DNA of 38,297 nucleotides from Enterobacteria phage HK620: sequence record NC_002730.1; one strand, 5' to 3'. Shown piece by piece: positions 38,033 to 38,297 of this stretch (position 1 is its first letter; each line of letters starts with the position of its first letter). The notes under the pieces were generated by a model. It saw only the letters and a program-made list of their open reading frames with translations, ran no database searches and was not told where the DNA came from. The position numbers and the translations under genes were made by a program.

Positions 38033-38297
38033 TTAAAATGCTGACACCCACTACTACTATATGATTAGTTATTATACATACAGTATGTTCAAGAGTGAAA
38101 AGCCGCCTCTCGTTATCAAAATTTTAACATCCTGCGTGTTTTGTACAAGCAAGAACAGTCACTATCTTTCAAATATTCTAAAAAACCACCTTTACACCAT
38201 CTAAGACGATAAGAAAATGTGTGAAGTCTATCATCCAAGTCTCAATCGATCGATACTTGCGGTAGTTGATGAGAAAAAACTCTGGCACACAAAGCTT

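Noticed and set aside
1-38297. CRISPR arrays, rRNA genes or insertion sequences
   Set aside because: No regularly spaced direct-repeat arrays, rRNA-like sequence or transposase-like ORFs with terminal inverted repeats were seen; the direct repeats present are explained as origin iterons or att arm sites.

Overview
This window reads as a complete or near-complete genome of a temperate lambdoid podovirus with P22-like virion genes; the length and gene content match my recollection of coliphage HK620 (Sf6-like), which I cannot verify without a database. Gene order, left to right: P4-type integrase and TorI/AlpA-like excisionase with an attP region carrying tRNA-Arg-like fragments; a leftward early operon (N, cIII, kil, Sak4 plus DUF669 recombination pair, Ea22/EaA-type accessory genes); a lambda-like immunity region (cI, cro, cII, nutL/nutR, palindromic operators); replication (O-like initiator with internal iterons, DnaB-like helicase); a nin region (ninB, ninE, ninF, Rha/KilAC antirepressor-like, DUF1364, rusA, ninH); Q with its late promoter and terminator; lambda-type lysis cassette (S, R, Rz with nested Rz1); an accessory cluster with a KilA-N protein; then P22/Sf6-like terminase, portal, scaffold, coat, tail hub, needle, ejection proteins and tailspike. 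The most interesting unexplained loci are (i) a small membrane protein co-transcribed downstream of cI, (ii) a counter-oriented coiled-coil/zinc-ribbon gene inside the leftward operon preceded by strong palindromes, (iii) a compact locus before the tailspike with a small HExxH protein, a divergent membrane-anchored coiled-coil protein and a mini-transcript, and (iv) a very AT-rich 414-aa polytopic membrane protein between tailspike and int, in the position used for O-antigen conversion genes in related phages. CDS coordinates come from the supplied ORF track, with starts adjusted by hand where a better start codon and ribosome-binding site are visible; all homology calls are from memory of protein families, not from searches.
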